Part shown: positions 26,803 to 40,699 of the stretch, one piece after another
Layout of the letters: each line of letters opens with the position of its first letter
Numbering within the stretch: the stretch's first letter is position 1
Origin: the human T2T-CHM13v2.0 reference genome, Homo sapiens
NCBI RefSeq assembly: GCF_009914755.1
Contig: NC_060931.1
Length of the DNA stretch: 64,000 bases
Reading direction: 5' to 3' (one strand)
Notes under the pieces: model-generated
Database searches by the model: none
The model's input: only the letters and a program-made list of their open reading frames with translations
What the model was told of the DNA's origin: nothing
Program-made: the position numbers and the translations under genes

Positions 26803-28210
26803 GACCAAATAAAGTAGCTAAGAGTTTCCATAGACATAGGAAATTTTTTGTTTTTCCAAAACAAAAATTACCCTTTAAGGTAACAAAAATTTTGTTTTTT
26901 CAAAATTAAAATTCCTCTTTTAGGTTGCCCAAGGAATGATAATATATGTTTTAATATAAAACTTGATTTTGTTGTTAATTTGGAACAAGCTATAATGATT
27001 ATTTTGCATAAAGTATTTCATATTTTTTTCTGTTTTTCTGTGTTTTCATCTAACATACACTTAATCAGCTATTGCCTGAATGATACTGTGTAACAGATCA
27101 TTCAGCATTGTCTGCAATATATATCTATATGGGAAATTTCCTATATATTTTTACTATAAATTAAAGCAATCCTATTTTAATTTTCTTAGAATACAACAGT
27201 GAAGATTAAAATGAATTGGTTAGATTTGTCAATCACTAATTTAAATAGGCTTAAATATTCATAAGAAATGTCTTTCTTAATAAAAAAAAATTGTGCATAT
27301 ATTAATACCTTACCTCTTTCCTAAAAGACTTGAGGCAGTAGTGGAATATTTCTTAGAATAAAGGGTTTTTTTTGAGTCAACAAAAATTATAGCACGCTGT
27401 TGGAACTACTATATGAGCTTCTTAATTTAAATAACTCAGGATACAAGGAGTAAAAATTAGAGACCCACATGAGTGAAATATAAGATCTGAACTTCCTGAA
27501 TGATTCACTTAGGGCAATAACAGGCTATCAATAAAAAGCTATGAACTCTCTCAACCACATGTAAAAAAATAAATAAATAAAATTTTGCACACACAGCTAA
27601 ATCTCATGTTGCAAATTGTTTTTATATCCATGCTTAAATATTAAGTTCTAAAGAGAATACCCAAGAGAACTGTGGAAAAGGGCTGGTGAACTAGGGACAA
27701 AAAAATGCATGGAATGCCTGGAAACAGCTTATTTTACTAAGCTATGAAGTAACTAAAAATGGCAAGAGAATGATTGGAGTACTGTAATTTCTGGGCCCTA
27801 AGCCTGTTCTTTAGGAACAATCTGTGTGCATTTGTTTATTCTAAAATGCTAAAATTCCTGACTCAAAGCTTATACAATGAATCTCATTCTGGAAATCATT
27901 CCAGCAACTGCAAGAATCAAATGTTGTGAAGAAAAAACTAAGATGAATGGGAAATTATATCCAAAGCATCTGCTGTCAGTGTTGCTCTGATTGGATACAA
28001 AGGCATGAACAAGTCATGCAAAAGCTTAGTTCTCACAGAAAACCATGCAAGTCGGGTGCCTTTTTGCCAAAAAAGAAGAGTAATGTACTAAATTTTAAAA
28101 TGGTCAGTAAATTAAAGAGAATCTTATAGATGATGTGATACTAACACATCTGTGCATTTTGGGTTTTATATCTTGTGCACATTAAATTTTAAACAGGGCG
28201 ATCACAGAAG

Positions 28211-28608
28211 GTATATCAGCTATTGCCACAGAGTGCTAAGTAAAAACAACACAGTAACATACAACAACACATGTTTATTTAGCCCACAAGGCTGGGGGCC
28301 TGTTACAGGATGCTGATCTAGGCTGAGCTAGGCTGGGTAACTTAGCTCTGCTCCATGTGTTTCTTGTTCTCCTTCTGGGATTGATGGATCAGCCTGGATA
28401 TATTCTTCTCATCTGGATAGCAGAGGTGCAAAAGGGAAGATTTAATATTACAATTTTTTTTCAAGCAGAAACAATCTATATAACATCCATTGGCAATTCA
28501 CATGGCAAAGGCTAAAAGTCAAGGGAGCTAGCGGGGAGTGTAGGTAAGTACACAGCACTTGTGCAGGTGGGATAGGGGAATGCATGTTTTTAATCTGTAA
28601 TATACCAT
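28211..28608 (-). mobile_element. MLT1 (J/K-like) LTR
   Basis: tcagctattgccaca..caacac; ctctgctccatgtg; tattcttctcat..gcagagg; aacatccattggc..cacatggc. Confidence 0.7.
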
Positions 28609-28699
28609 AGAAATCCCTTCTGAAAATAGCTCATTTAAACAAAGAACAATGGAACTAAGGAAGCAGAAAGCTGTGCTTATATTGGACAAACAGCATTAC

Positions 28700-29690
28700 T
28701 GGAAGAAGTAACACCAAAGAGCAAAGATACAGAGTTGGGAACATGACACTGATGTATCCAGGAGCTAGAACAGCTTGACTGCAAAGTATAGTATAGAAGA
28801 GTCACAGAAGTTAAAGAAGACTAGGCTGTGTATGACATTTTGTTCATTGTAAGTTGTTTGATATTGATTCTGAAATGAGTAGTTTCTGAAAACTTTTGTA
28901 TGGAATAACAGGTTCCTTCCAAATTATCACCATAACAGCTCTTTCAAGAACAAAATTTTGAAAGCATAGCTGGCACCAGCAAGACAAGGTTGGAGGCTAA
29001 AATGCAGAAATTTAACTAAATTGATAATGAAAGAAAGAGTGAATAGAGTGAGATTTGGTATATTTTGTCATTCTTCTCATCTACAAATATTTATTGATTA
29101 CCTACTATGTGCCAGACGCTTTATCTAGCTTATATCTAGAGAATAGATTATGAAGGCATGTAGAATTTGCTAATGGATTAGATATAGGAGTAAGAAAAAG
29201 GAGTTAAAGACGTTAGCGAGGGCTTTGGCCTGAGCAACTGGGGTGGATGGAGCTGGAGAAGGCTCTTGGAGGAAAAGCTTCAGGTACAAAGAATAGGTGT
29301 CTACATTTTCTCCTGCTGAATTAATTAATGCTAACTACCCAAGGAGAGATATCCAGTAGACAAATAGTTGCATGAGTTTAGAGATCAGGAGAGAGGCCTG
29401 GGCTAGAGATATAAATTTGGAGCCATCAGCCTGTAAATGCATTTAAAGCCATGAGAGTAGATGAGATCATTAAGGAGTGAATGTACAGAGAAAAGATAAT
29501 TATGAACTAAAATCTAGTACATTCAAGCGCTGAAAATCAGGAAGATGAGGAGAAACTCTGAAAACAAAATGATAATTGGCTGACTGAATAGAAGAAAAAT
29601 CAGGAAATACATTGTTCCAGAAGAAAAGTAAAAAGAGTTATTCAAGGAAGAAGAAGAAGTCAACTATAACAAACAGAGAAATGCCATGAT
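28700..29690 (-). mobile_element. L2 fragments
   Basis: caaatatttattgattacctactatgtgccag; ttggcctgagcaactggg; ggctagagatataaatttgg; tttaaagccatgagagtagatgagatca. Confidence 0.8.
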
Positions 29691-29924
29691 TTAGGAGAGG
29701 GAAAGGAGCCTCCAGATTTGGTGAGGTGTCAGATCAAGCAGCTTAACTGTGTACAGCTGCTTCACCAAATCTGGAGTTTCGTTTATATCCTAAATCTTGG
29801 GCTTGTGTGGTTTAACGAGAAAAGATTTTCACTCACGACACAAGAAAAAATGAAAAATGTTGTATTGAACCTCTATTTTTTAAACTGAAAGTAAAATAAA
29901 AATTAATCATAAGAAGAGAATATG

Positions 29925-30240
29925 GGCTGGGCATGGTGGCCTATACCAGTAATCCTAGCACTTTGGGAGGCCAAGGCAGGAACATCACTTGAAGTCAGGA
30001 GTTTGAGACCAGCCTGGGTAATACAGTGAGATACTGTGTAATAACAACAAAATATTAGCTTGGTGTGGTGACATGGGCCTATAGTCCCAGCTAGTCCGGA
30101 GGCTGAGGCGGAAGGATTGCTAGAGCACAGGAGTTCAAGCCTGCAGTGAGCTATGATTGTGCCAATGCACTCTAGCATGGGAGACAGAGCAAGATCCCAT
30201 CTCAAAAAAATTAAAGGTTTTTTTATATTAAATTTTTTTA
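29925..30240 (+). mobile_element. AluJ with degenerate A/T tail
   Basis: Alu dimer with J-type features (ggattgc..gag..caggagttc, gagctatgatt); possible TSD aagaga(a)atatg at 29914 and 30242. Confidence 0.93.
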
Positions 30241-31962
30241 AAAGAGAAATATGAAAGCGGTGAAATATTCTATATATTTAACTCAAGTATAAAGCTTTCC
30301 TTGCTTCCTTTTGCATAAATGACAGCAGAAAAAAAGGAGTTAAGTAACGACAGCCAGTCAATCAAAAAACAAAGGACATTTTTTCACTACATAACATACA
30401 TCCTTCCACATGATCCGTGAAAACTAGAAATAGACCATATACTGAGTATGTAAGACAAAAAGCTCAGAGAAGATTTAATGAAAGGATGTAGCAGGAAAAA
30501 AGATGAGTAGAAATTGAAACCAGCTCTTCGAGGTGGTAGCTTTTGAGCCTCTCTAATACAGTCCTCTCTTGTGTTACGTGGTACACATGAGGTCATTTTT
30601 TATAAGGCTGACGTGTCTAATGATAATAAGTAAAGATGAGCTGGAACTGAAATCTGTAACATGACTTCTGACAAAGAGTGCCAAAACACACATGGGAGAT
30701 CCAACCTGAGTAGCTAAAAAATAACAGATCCCATATATGGACTTATACTTGCTCTTCGAGCTCTCCAAATCCCACTGAAGATACTTATGTCATGGAGGAT
30801 TATTCTACATATTAATTTATTAAGTCATGGAGGATAATTTTATTTACTATTCTGCTTAGTCTGATTTCTGCTGAGCACATTGAAGATATATATGTTAAAT
30901 ATTTTATTGTCACCAGAAAGTATTAGCAGTATTGACTTTGATGAAATTGCTTAAACTGAGAACCAGTTTAAGACTACTTTTAAAAATATGTACTATTTCA
31001 TTCAGTAATTCTATTTTTTGGCTGCTATCATCTAGAAGCACATGGAAATACATGTTCATTTGTACTATGGAAACAAGTTAAGTTTTAAGAAATCATCTTT
31101 AAGACAGAAAAATCTAAAGAAAATACCTTTGAATAATTCATCCAAATATAGTAATTGTATATACCGCTTCTTTTTGACTCTAATTATGATCTTAAACATG
31201 GATGGCTCAGTAGAACGGTTAAATTTCATCAACTACCCAAATAACTATTTACAGTAAGTAGCTCAAAAATATGAAAATGGTATGCTGTAGAGAATATTGG
31301 AAATAACTTTTTGAAGAATCAGGTTTATAGTTGGTAAATTTGAGCTAAAGTTATTAGTGTTGCTATTGAGTGATGCTTATGATATTTAAAATTTTTGTCA
31401 GTGCTTCCATAGTAATAGCTTGAATTAATCATACTAAGAAATGCCAAGAATGTCTGCTGTATCTATGATGGCATACTGTGTGTAAAAACAGAGATTTAAT
31501 TTTGGCTGGTATGGTTGCAGGTAAGTTTGACAACCCCCTCAATATCTTTTGAGACTGGAACATCAATTCTTCAAATTTTGTCTGAGCCCTGGAGCCCTCT
31601 GTTATTAATAAACAAGTACAAAAGATCACAACCTGCTCAGGCTGAGATATTTTAAAGTCTAAAATAGTTTTTTTCTACAATATGAAGAATTATGTGTTAA
31701 ATGAAATCAGTCCATGTACAGCATATTTAACAGACCAGATTTTTGCTCAGTTTCTAAAACAAAAGTTGTCACCCATAAACAAAAGCATGTGATGTGTCCT
31801 CAAACAGCTCATTCAACGTCCTTATTACAATTCTACTCACTTAGCTTATATTCAGTTCAATAAACATTTGAGTGACTATTTTATGCCAGGCATCAGAAAC
31901 GCTTTCAACGAATTTAGAGTCTAGGGAAGAAGACTGAAAACAAAAAGGGAAATTTCAATAGT

Positions 31963-32054
31963 GAAAAGTGCTAAGTTAGAGGTTTGCTAGCTCTAGGTTA
32001 GAACCCAGAAAAGTGCTAAGTTAGAGGGTAGCTAGCTCTAGGTTAGAACCTAGA
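31963..32054. repeat. 45-bp tandem duplication (3 mismatches) at the edge of an L2 remnant
   Basis: gaaaagtgctaagttagagg..gctagctctaggttagaacc at 31963 and 32008. Confidence 0.96.
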
Positions 32055-32699
32055 GGACTGAAATTTAGCCTCTGGTTTATATTCTGTAAAAGAGTAGGCT
32101 CTGAAATCTAGACTACCAATGAGGGAAAAAGGTAAATAAACTTATATTTAAGCATCCATTTTTCAAGATGGATTGAATGTTAGAAAAAAAATCTGAATTT
32201 CATTCACATTAAGGCTGAAAATTTTTTAAACACACATGAGAAAAGTTGTCTTGTAATTTAGTGACTTTATATTTTTGTGGATAAATATATTAAAGATGAA
32301 TACATTATGTAATAACTGCTCATAAAAAGATGCTTTAAAAATAAAGATAAGAAGTGTTTATATATAACAAAGGAAGGGACAACACAGAAATAAGAAATTT
32401 TTTTCTACAGTTTCAATCAGCTATATTTATTTCAACTTGAAATTTAGATGGTCTTTTTCACGGGTTTAATAAAAATATAAACTAATGTAAATTCTTTATA
32501 TCTTTAATAATGTCCAAAGTTAGCATTCTTTTTGTTGCATAAAACTTGCAGGTAAATAATGCTGCTTGTATTCTTTTAAGAATTTATACATAAATTAGAA
32601 TAGATAACAGAAGATGTAGTGATTTAGGATAAAATAATGTGTTTTAAGGACACTGGAGAAAAGTACCTTAAACATTAATTAAAAATGTGTTTCTTTCTA

Positions 32700-33087
<388 letters not shown>

Positions 33088-34010
33088 TTATTAAGGAAAT
33101 AACGTAGAATATTATTTTTCTACCTCATTAAATATATTCCACTATTCATGATAATAATTAGAAATATTTAATGTCAACAAACATATCTACACTCTTATTT
33201 ATATCTTCTACAAGTGCTTTTCAAAAATGGCTAAGTAAGTAAGAGTGAACACTAAAACCATAAGCTCAAGAGGGAAATGGGAAATAGGCTAAAAGGCATT
33301 AACTTTTTGGACACATAGTGCCCTGGCTTCCACACTGTTTTGGAGTCTTCCAAGATGTGCAGCTAATATTGTTAGATGTAAGGTTTTAAATATAACTCCA
33401 CTTTTTAACAAGACCATTTGTAAAAAATGTTAATTATCCCTCTTCCCATCATGTTGTTTGTGTGATTTTTAATAGATTCTAAAGGTATTTATTGAGAAAC
33501 ATAGCTCAATCTAATATGACACTTCTATGAATATATATGACTGCATGACCCCTTAGAGTAGTTCAGTACTTTATTCTTTAAATTTAAATTTTCAATATAG
33601 TAACATACTGCTTTTTAGCACTTATTGTTAATAGACATGTCCTCTGAGAAACAGTAGAAAAAGTGTAAACAAACAACCCTTACAATATCATTTAGCATGA
33701 TTAACTTTTTAATTTTTAGATTTAATAGCACCTTTATAAAGTATTTGCAATAATTACTTAAAAACTTAATTTTTCTTGGGAATTACTGAGATATTACACA
33801 TTCTATTGAACAATATGACATTATATATTGTAAAATCTATTTGATTTTGATATACTGAAAAGAAATACAAGAAAGTTCCAATGAAACCATAATGAAAGCC
33901 TGTAACATCATCAATGTTAAAATCTTGATTCCAAAGCTGGTTTTAAGAGAAGTTAATTCTAGATTTGATGAAACACAGCCATAATCAAAGCAATTATATC
34001 TACTTAAATA

Positions 34011-34411
34011 CATGGCAGAGATTGGTTAATTTCCTCTTCTTTCTGTATTACATTTCCTGCTTGTCATTGCAATTGGTTATAGTCATGTGACTGAGTTCCT
34101 GACTGAGGGCAGCAGTAGTAATATATTACATTTAAGGGTCTAGTTCCAAACATCTCCCCTATGCAATCAATCATCCATGTTCTTTCCCTTCTGCCTGCTG
34201 AATGTGAACACTCAGGAAAGCTTGGAAGTCATGTGTGGAAGACTGTAAAAAACTGGAACTCCATATGACAGCATGAAACAGAACACTCTGTCCCCAGCCA
34301 CCCGGAAGAGCAGTATGGGATTGCTGCTTGAAAGAGAACACACTTTTCATTGAGTTAACTTACTGGATTTAGGGAACCATTTACTGCAATAGTTATCATC
34401 CTAGTTAATAT
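34011..34411 (+). mobile_element. MLT1 (I/J-like) LTR
   Basis: tacatttcc..gtcatgtgactgagttc; ends catcctagttaatata. Confidence 0.65.
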
Positions 34412-35344
34412 AATTTTCTATATAATATAATTATTCCTTATGTTTGCACCCTGTGGACATAAAGCACCTTACTAGTATAATACACATTCTGAAAATGTAA
34501 GATTCAATCTTAAGAGTGAAAAGCAGGGGCTGTTCAGCTCCTTCTCAAAGTGCTAATGAACAAATAACAGAATTGGAGAAATGTCAAGAAATACCTATCA
34601 ATAGCTATTGCATGCAAAATAAGGCACTAGTTGCTGCAAGAGTACAAACTATATCTAGGCAAATGCAAAGCCCAATTGCAATTATAATGTAGCCTACTTA
34701 AAAGTATGCACAAAATGATTAAGAAACTAGAGCAACAAACAAAAGACCTTAAGCCATTATAGCTAGAGAGAATATTTGTCAGAGTGTTATATAAAGAATT
34801 ACAGAGAAATACCTATTAAAGTTAGAGAAGGAAATAGAGTGAAAGAGAGAGAGACTGGGAGAAATCACATTCTGGGAGAAATAGAGACTTCACATTCTCT
34901 TGTTATATTTTGTGAATTATAAATATATGTAACTTTGCTTAATCTATATAATATGCTCATAAATTTATTCTTCTATGAAGTACAATATTAATATCTTATA
35001 GGACATGTAGACTTCATTGAGCAGTTTGCTGCCATTGAGAAAAATAATTAAAATATTTTTAATGAATAGAAAGAGCATTTACAATGTATTACAAATACCT
35101 TCCCACCACTACCACAGAGATGGACAGGCATTCCTCAATAGCTTAGTGGTCAATTTTGGGCAGTTTGAAATACAAAGGTTAATCTCATTAGATTTCTTGA
35201 AATTAAAAACTGTGGGAATAATGAGAGAGATGTTATCAGTGAAGTTTAGGGAATACATAAAACATTGAAACTCAAGAGTTTCTGCAATTTGTGTTTCAAA
35301 AAATCTGATGTGACCTATCATATATCTATGTAATATATGGATAT

Positions 35345-35740
35345 CAGCCACTCTATGCTAAGTTATACTATGGTAACAAACAACCCCTTAATTTCAAACA
35401 CTCAAAACTACAAAGGTTTGTTTCTGGTTCACACCATGACACACCTCTTCCTTTCGCCAATCCCTGCCTCAGTTGGCTGCATTTTTAGTTCTGAATCATC
35501 ATTGTCTTCCCCAGGGAAGAAGCTATTCTCTGGAACTGTGGCAGAAGGAGAGTGTGGCAATTCAGAAGATGGTTCTTAAAGCTTCACTGGGAAGTGATAC
35601 ACGTATCAGTTTTACTCATATTTCATCAGCCTGAACTTGTTACATGTCCCTACCCAATCACAGGACGCCAAAAAGTAGAATACTACCTGTCACATGCGCG
35701 AAAAGATGAAAATGTTTACTTTGCAACATTAATAACAACT
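35345..35740 (-). mobile_element. MLT1 (K/L-like) LTR
   Basis: gctaagttatactatggtaacaaacaacccc..caaaggtttgtttct; ctcatatttcat..tacatgtcc. Confidence 0.65.
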
Positions 35741-36269
35741 GCGTGAATCAACATAGGTCACAAAATGGGATGAATGTGGCATATGTACTAGACTACTTAA
35801 GGAGAATTTTGACAGGAATGGAAGCAGAGATATTTCCTTTATACTACATTGTCAGGATTTTTACCAATTTCTTCGTGTTGATTATAAGAGTATTGGAATT
35901 ACAGCCATTAAAAAGTCATCTAGTTAGAGCTGTAAATTAATGATCGATAATACAAATAGACATACAAAAATACATATTTCAACTGCCGATTTAATTACAG
36001 ACAAGTTATTAAAGGGCATGGTTTTGATCACTTTTAATTTAATCCTTTTTGTTTTAACTGATAAAGTTGCAAGGGGAAGTTGCTGACTTCAGTTGTCTAG
36101 ATGCTATGGCATCCCTGGTCAGTTTCAGCCAAGGCTCTGGATTTCAAAGTCAGTAAATTATAATAACTGAATAAGGCAGGAACAGTTTCTGCTATGATTT
36201 TGTGTAAATTCCATTTAACAGTGCAAAATATGCTAGTGTCAAATGCATTTAAATTATACAAAGATACCC

Positions 36270-36480
36270 AGTAGAGTATGTTGCTTAAGAACGTTTATCC
36301 TGGAGTAATTCTGGCTGAGAACAAACTTAAGTGCCATTATTTATTACTTGTATTATCTAGATAAAGCTGAGGTTAAGGTTTATAATAGTACCACTTAAGA
36401 GAGTTGTTGTTAGGATTAAATGAAGCAAATCATGTAAAACGTTAGCACAGTACTTGGCACATTGCAAGAACGTGAATGCC
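36270..36480 (+). mobile_element. Degenerate MIR
   Basis: gttgttgttaggattaaatgaag..catgtaaaacgttagcacagtacttggcaca. Confidence 0.65.
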
Positions 36481-36799
36481 AACAAGAGCAACAAAAGTAA
36501 CTAATGTCTGGAATTTGGTGTTACCGCTCCAGACTGCAGACTTTACTCATCTGTTCTTCAACAATGCTGAATTACTGCTATTGCTATCCAGAAAGGCAAG
36601 GCGGTGTGTACTCAAGGTTGGTAAAAAGCAAGAGAAAAGATCTCACTTGTGGCACCTTTTGAAAAGCTACCTGCAGGAGCCCAACACTGTTTTTTTCTAA
36701 ATGGTATGGCTTTCCTCCACATCCCTTTCCTCTTTCTGAATAAAGTTTCTCCATCCGCACTTGAAAATTCAGGAATCATCTCTGAACTAGTCCATGTGA

Positions 36800-36862
<63 letters not shown>

Positions 36863-36891
36863 CACATACATATATATATATACACACACAC

Positions 36892-36948
<57 letters not shown>
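36800..36948. repeat. (TA)n/(CA)n compound microsatellite
   Basis: Read directly: two (TA)6TG(TA)21 blocks separated by a CA/TA spacer. Confidence 0.98.
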
Positions 36949-36952
<4 letters not shown>

Positions 36953-39369
36953 AAGTCTTCCTAGAATGTATCCCATTCTGTCTGGTGTGTAGGCTGACTG
37001 CCTAACAGCCTGGCTAGCTCTTCTTAAATGTGTGTTTTTTCTTCCATTCTTAGTAGTTTATCCCCATGTTCCAGAAAGAAAAACATAACACAGAGAGGCT
37101 AGTTGGGTGATTTGACAGGTGATAGCAGAGCATGGTCTGAAATGATTGCAAAATTATTTGTGAAGTCCCATTTGATCACATAATTTCATTCTGGACAAAT
37201 GAAAGATTCATATTAATAACCATGTGAGAAAATTGGCCACTTCTGCACTTCTATCAGTCATTCATGCTAAAATCCCTATGTCTGGACTCCGTGGAGAACA
37301 AGAGTTGGACACATATTATGGGTAATCTGAAACAGCCCCATCTCCCCAGCTTCTTGCCATGCCCCCTCAATCTCCAGCACTTGTTAGCTCCTTGAAAGTT
37401 TGAACTTCTTTACTCAAAATAGAGCAGCACTTCTCATCATATAACATTTATTGATTATCACCTCTTCCTCCCTGAGCTGCTTCAGGACCTCCAGTGTTTA
37501 ATACTGTTGCTCTCATTCTTACAGCTGACGACCTTGTTGTGTTGGACTTATTTGAGAATGTTTCAACTTGTCCATTCTGTTCCTCTCTAGTTGAGAAACA
37601 TGTTTTTCAAACTGCAATATGATACACACATATTTGTTGTTATTTATTAATAATGTTTACTCTAAATTATGACAGTATTTTTATGTGTCTCATTTTCATT
37701 CTTTGAAGGATCTAGAAATTCAGATATTTCTGCCTCAGAAAACAAGGCATGTAATGATCTTATGCTCTACAAAAGACAAGATAATTAGAGGTGAAAGTGG
37801 AGAAGAATCTAAGAAGTCTACCAATATACCATGTAGTCTTTGGCACATAAAAGTATCATCCTTAAAGATTTAGTAATAAAGACAATTTGTATACAAATTA
37901 TCTCCTGCCACACACTATACCTTTAGATTTTCATTCAGGATGTCTGAATAGAAAATTCCTTTGATGATATCTTTATATGAAAAACATTCCCATCTAATTT
38001 AATGCACTTTCTATAATCTGAATTTGAGAATTTAAGCATAAGTTAGACTTAAAAAATTAAAGAATAAAGTTACATGAGTGGGCTCATATTGGTGATTTGG
38101 AATCTTGCAAATTAGATTTCCTTTCTGTTATTGCTCATGATCAATGTGCCTCAATATCCCTTTTAGTAAAATTCTGTTTAAAAGATATTTTTGATCCTCT
38201 GTTTCATGTTTAAATTAAATTCATTAGCAGCTGTCAACCTCCAAGGAAAAATGTCAACACTAATCTAGACAACATCTGAAGGTGTCAGCTTTCCTTCATT
38301 TATCTCCTGTCCCCAGAAGGTCCGGAGCCATCAAATGAAAAACTCCAGGTAATGACTGCATTTGTCATTTGTTAAATGTGATTAGAATGCAGCTGCACAG
38401 GCATGAATGTTGTTTCAAGCTGCCAATGATACCTGCCTTTACTTTTTTAAAGAAATAAAATAATAAATATTACAAGCCTTATCATTACTGTAGGTCTGTA
38501 CATGACAGTTCACTTAGTTTGTTTTTGTACATCACGATACTGTGTTTATTTGTTTCCTTGCATCTGTCACAGGAGGCACATTCCTTTATCACCTACTACT
38601 CCTTTTTAGCTTTTCCAATTCACAAACTAGGTCATGTAAGTAATCAATAATTTTAATTCCGTTTTCTTCAGCTTATAAGAGAAAACTTAGTAAAGTATTA
38701 AATGTCTCTGTGCATAAATTCATCCATATCTTTGAGAATAGGAGTATTGCTTAACTTTGAAGCTTTATTAGAGGATTTTTAAAATGATGTAACTGAAGTG
38801 ACACCTTTAAAAACAGAGGGTTTAGGAATTTTTCCATTTTAATTATTAATGTTACCAGAATGTGATGTGGCTTATTATATATGTATAACAAGGTTATCCA
38901 TTTATATTTTCAAGATATTTTCAGAAGAAAAGAAAATTAATCAAAAGCCAATAAATATTTTCAGTATAATTTCATGAATTAATGCTGTTTTTAAAATTTT
39001 GGACAGCAGAGCAAAATGCTGTGTTTTTATATATATCAAGTGGCAATGATAGAAAAGCTGAAAGAAAGGTGATATGTGTTTATTAAATTTCAATTAGTAT
39101 TCACTTACTAAGTTTGTACAATAATAACAGTCATTGAATTTCAGAGCAAAAGGAAGTATTTGAAATTATTTTGCTTATTGTTTTTGATGTACACATGATT
39201 CTATTCAGGCCTTGAAAGGTTAAATTATTTGGTTCAAATCCATTAGCTAATTTTAGCAAAATCTAAACTAAAATTCAGACATTCTCCCAGTAGTCTAGTA
39301 TTATTTGTCCAGTATTATTTCCTATCAGCTTTTGTATTACTGCTGCTATTTCTATTATTTTTGATAGAT

Positions 39370-39540
39370 GTAGCTAATATCACTGAATGTTAGCAAAATA
39401 CTAGACCCTTTGCTAAGCACTTTACATGGATCCCCAGACTGAGGTAACTTCTATTATTACTCTTATTTTCAGATTGGGAAACTGAGCCTCAAAGTTATCA
39501 AGTAACTTTTTCAGTCATTTGGATAAGTGGCAGAATATTC
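39370..39540 (-). mobile_element. MIR
   Basis: tgctaagcactttacatg..attttcagattgggaaactgagcctcaaag..aagtaactt. Confidence 0.75.
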
Positions 39541-40092
39541 CCCCATTTAAAATGGCTTTTTCATGGTATCTAATGTTCTTGTTTTAGTAATTTGGTAACA
39601 TGCAGAGAGCTGCAGTGGCTATATCAAACTGTACAAATGAAAAGGCCAAGTTTTCAAGAAGATGACTTATCTAAAATTATCAGTTTAGTAAACTGAAAAT
39701 ACTTGAGTTCTCCCAAAGTCTCCGGCACCTGGCCCCTTGCTATTTGCGTTATATCACATTATGGTGTTTTAAGTTTATTAGATGTTATGAGATAAGAATA
39801 AGTTGTCACGTTCTTAATGTGCTAATGCTGTGGCACAGAGCTAATTAACTTCTAAATGTCAGTTAAATTCTAATAACTTAAAAATATTGGTTTAAGAAGA
39901 AATTAAAGGTAAATATTTATTCAAAACAATGTACAATAGAAACATTTAAACAATATATGTAAGATGAAAATATAGGTAAACCTTGTTCAAATGAAGAACA
40001 GATCTGAGCTGTTATTTTAAAATCTCCAGAGATGTATTTCTTTTGATATTTGTGATAAAACAATCAATTCTTACCACAGAAAATGCAGCTTG

Positions 40093-40178
40093 TTCAGGCA
40101 CAATGGCTCATGCCTATAATCCTAGCATTTTGGGAGGCTGAGGTGTGAGAATTGCTTAAGGTCAGGAGTTTAAAAAAA
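40093..40178 (+). mobile_element. Alu left-arm/FLAM fragment
   Basis: ggcacaatggctcatgcctataatcctagcattttgggaggctgagg..ggtcaggagttt. Confidence 0.85.
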
Positions 40179-40699
40179 TCCAGCTAAACTCACAATAAAA
40201 TGTTAATGATTTTTTTAAATTATGCAAAAAAAATTATAGGGATTGGCTCAAAGTGCTTTTTTACGGTCTTAAATAAAACTCAAAGAAGTTGTGAAACATT
40301 TCTGAGTAAAAATTAGCATGACATTATCTAATCATAAAATATTAAAACAAGGAGAGGCTTTGTTTTAGTTGATAAAACAAAAACTCAGAAGATTTATTAT
40401 CTTAGTCCAAGGTGCATGAGAAAAATAGCAGAATGCAGGTTAGAATAGAATTTTGATCAGAGTTCTTTAAATGACATTTCGTTCTATTTTCTGTAAAAAA
40501 GTAGATGCATAGATATAATTAAAATTAAGAGTCTCACAAAACAAAATGATAGTCATTAAACCTTTTAAATTAGATTGTTCATATTTAAATTTTCTTCAGA
40601 TTCACAAGATCTATTTTTTTAATAGAAAATGTTTATGAATTAGGTCATAAAATGTGAAATTGGTCCACAGATTTATTTGCTTTTTCTAAAGATCAGAAT

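Noticed and set aside
29903-30205. Alu-derived ORFs (also 32697, 56087, 59386, 59478)
   Set aside because: Typical antisense-Alu peptides (SPRLECSG/PASAS-like)
31413-31526. Perfect donor CAG|GTAAGT at 31521
   Set aside because: No convincing paired acceptor or recognisable reading frame; isolated consensus donors are common
36612-36976. YIYI-repeat ORFs (also SIYL repeat at 8187)
   Set aside because: Translations of microsatellites
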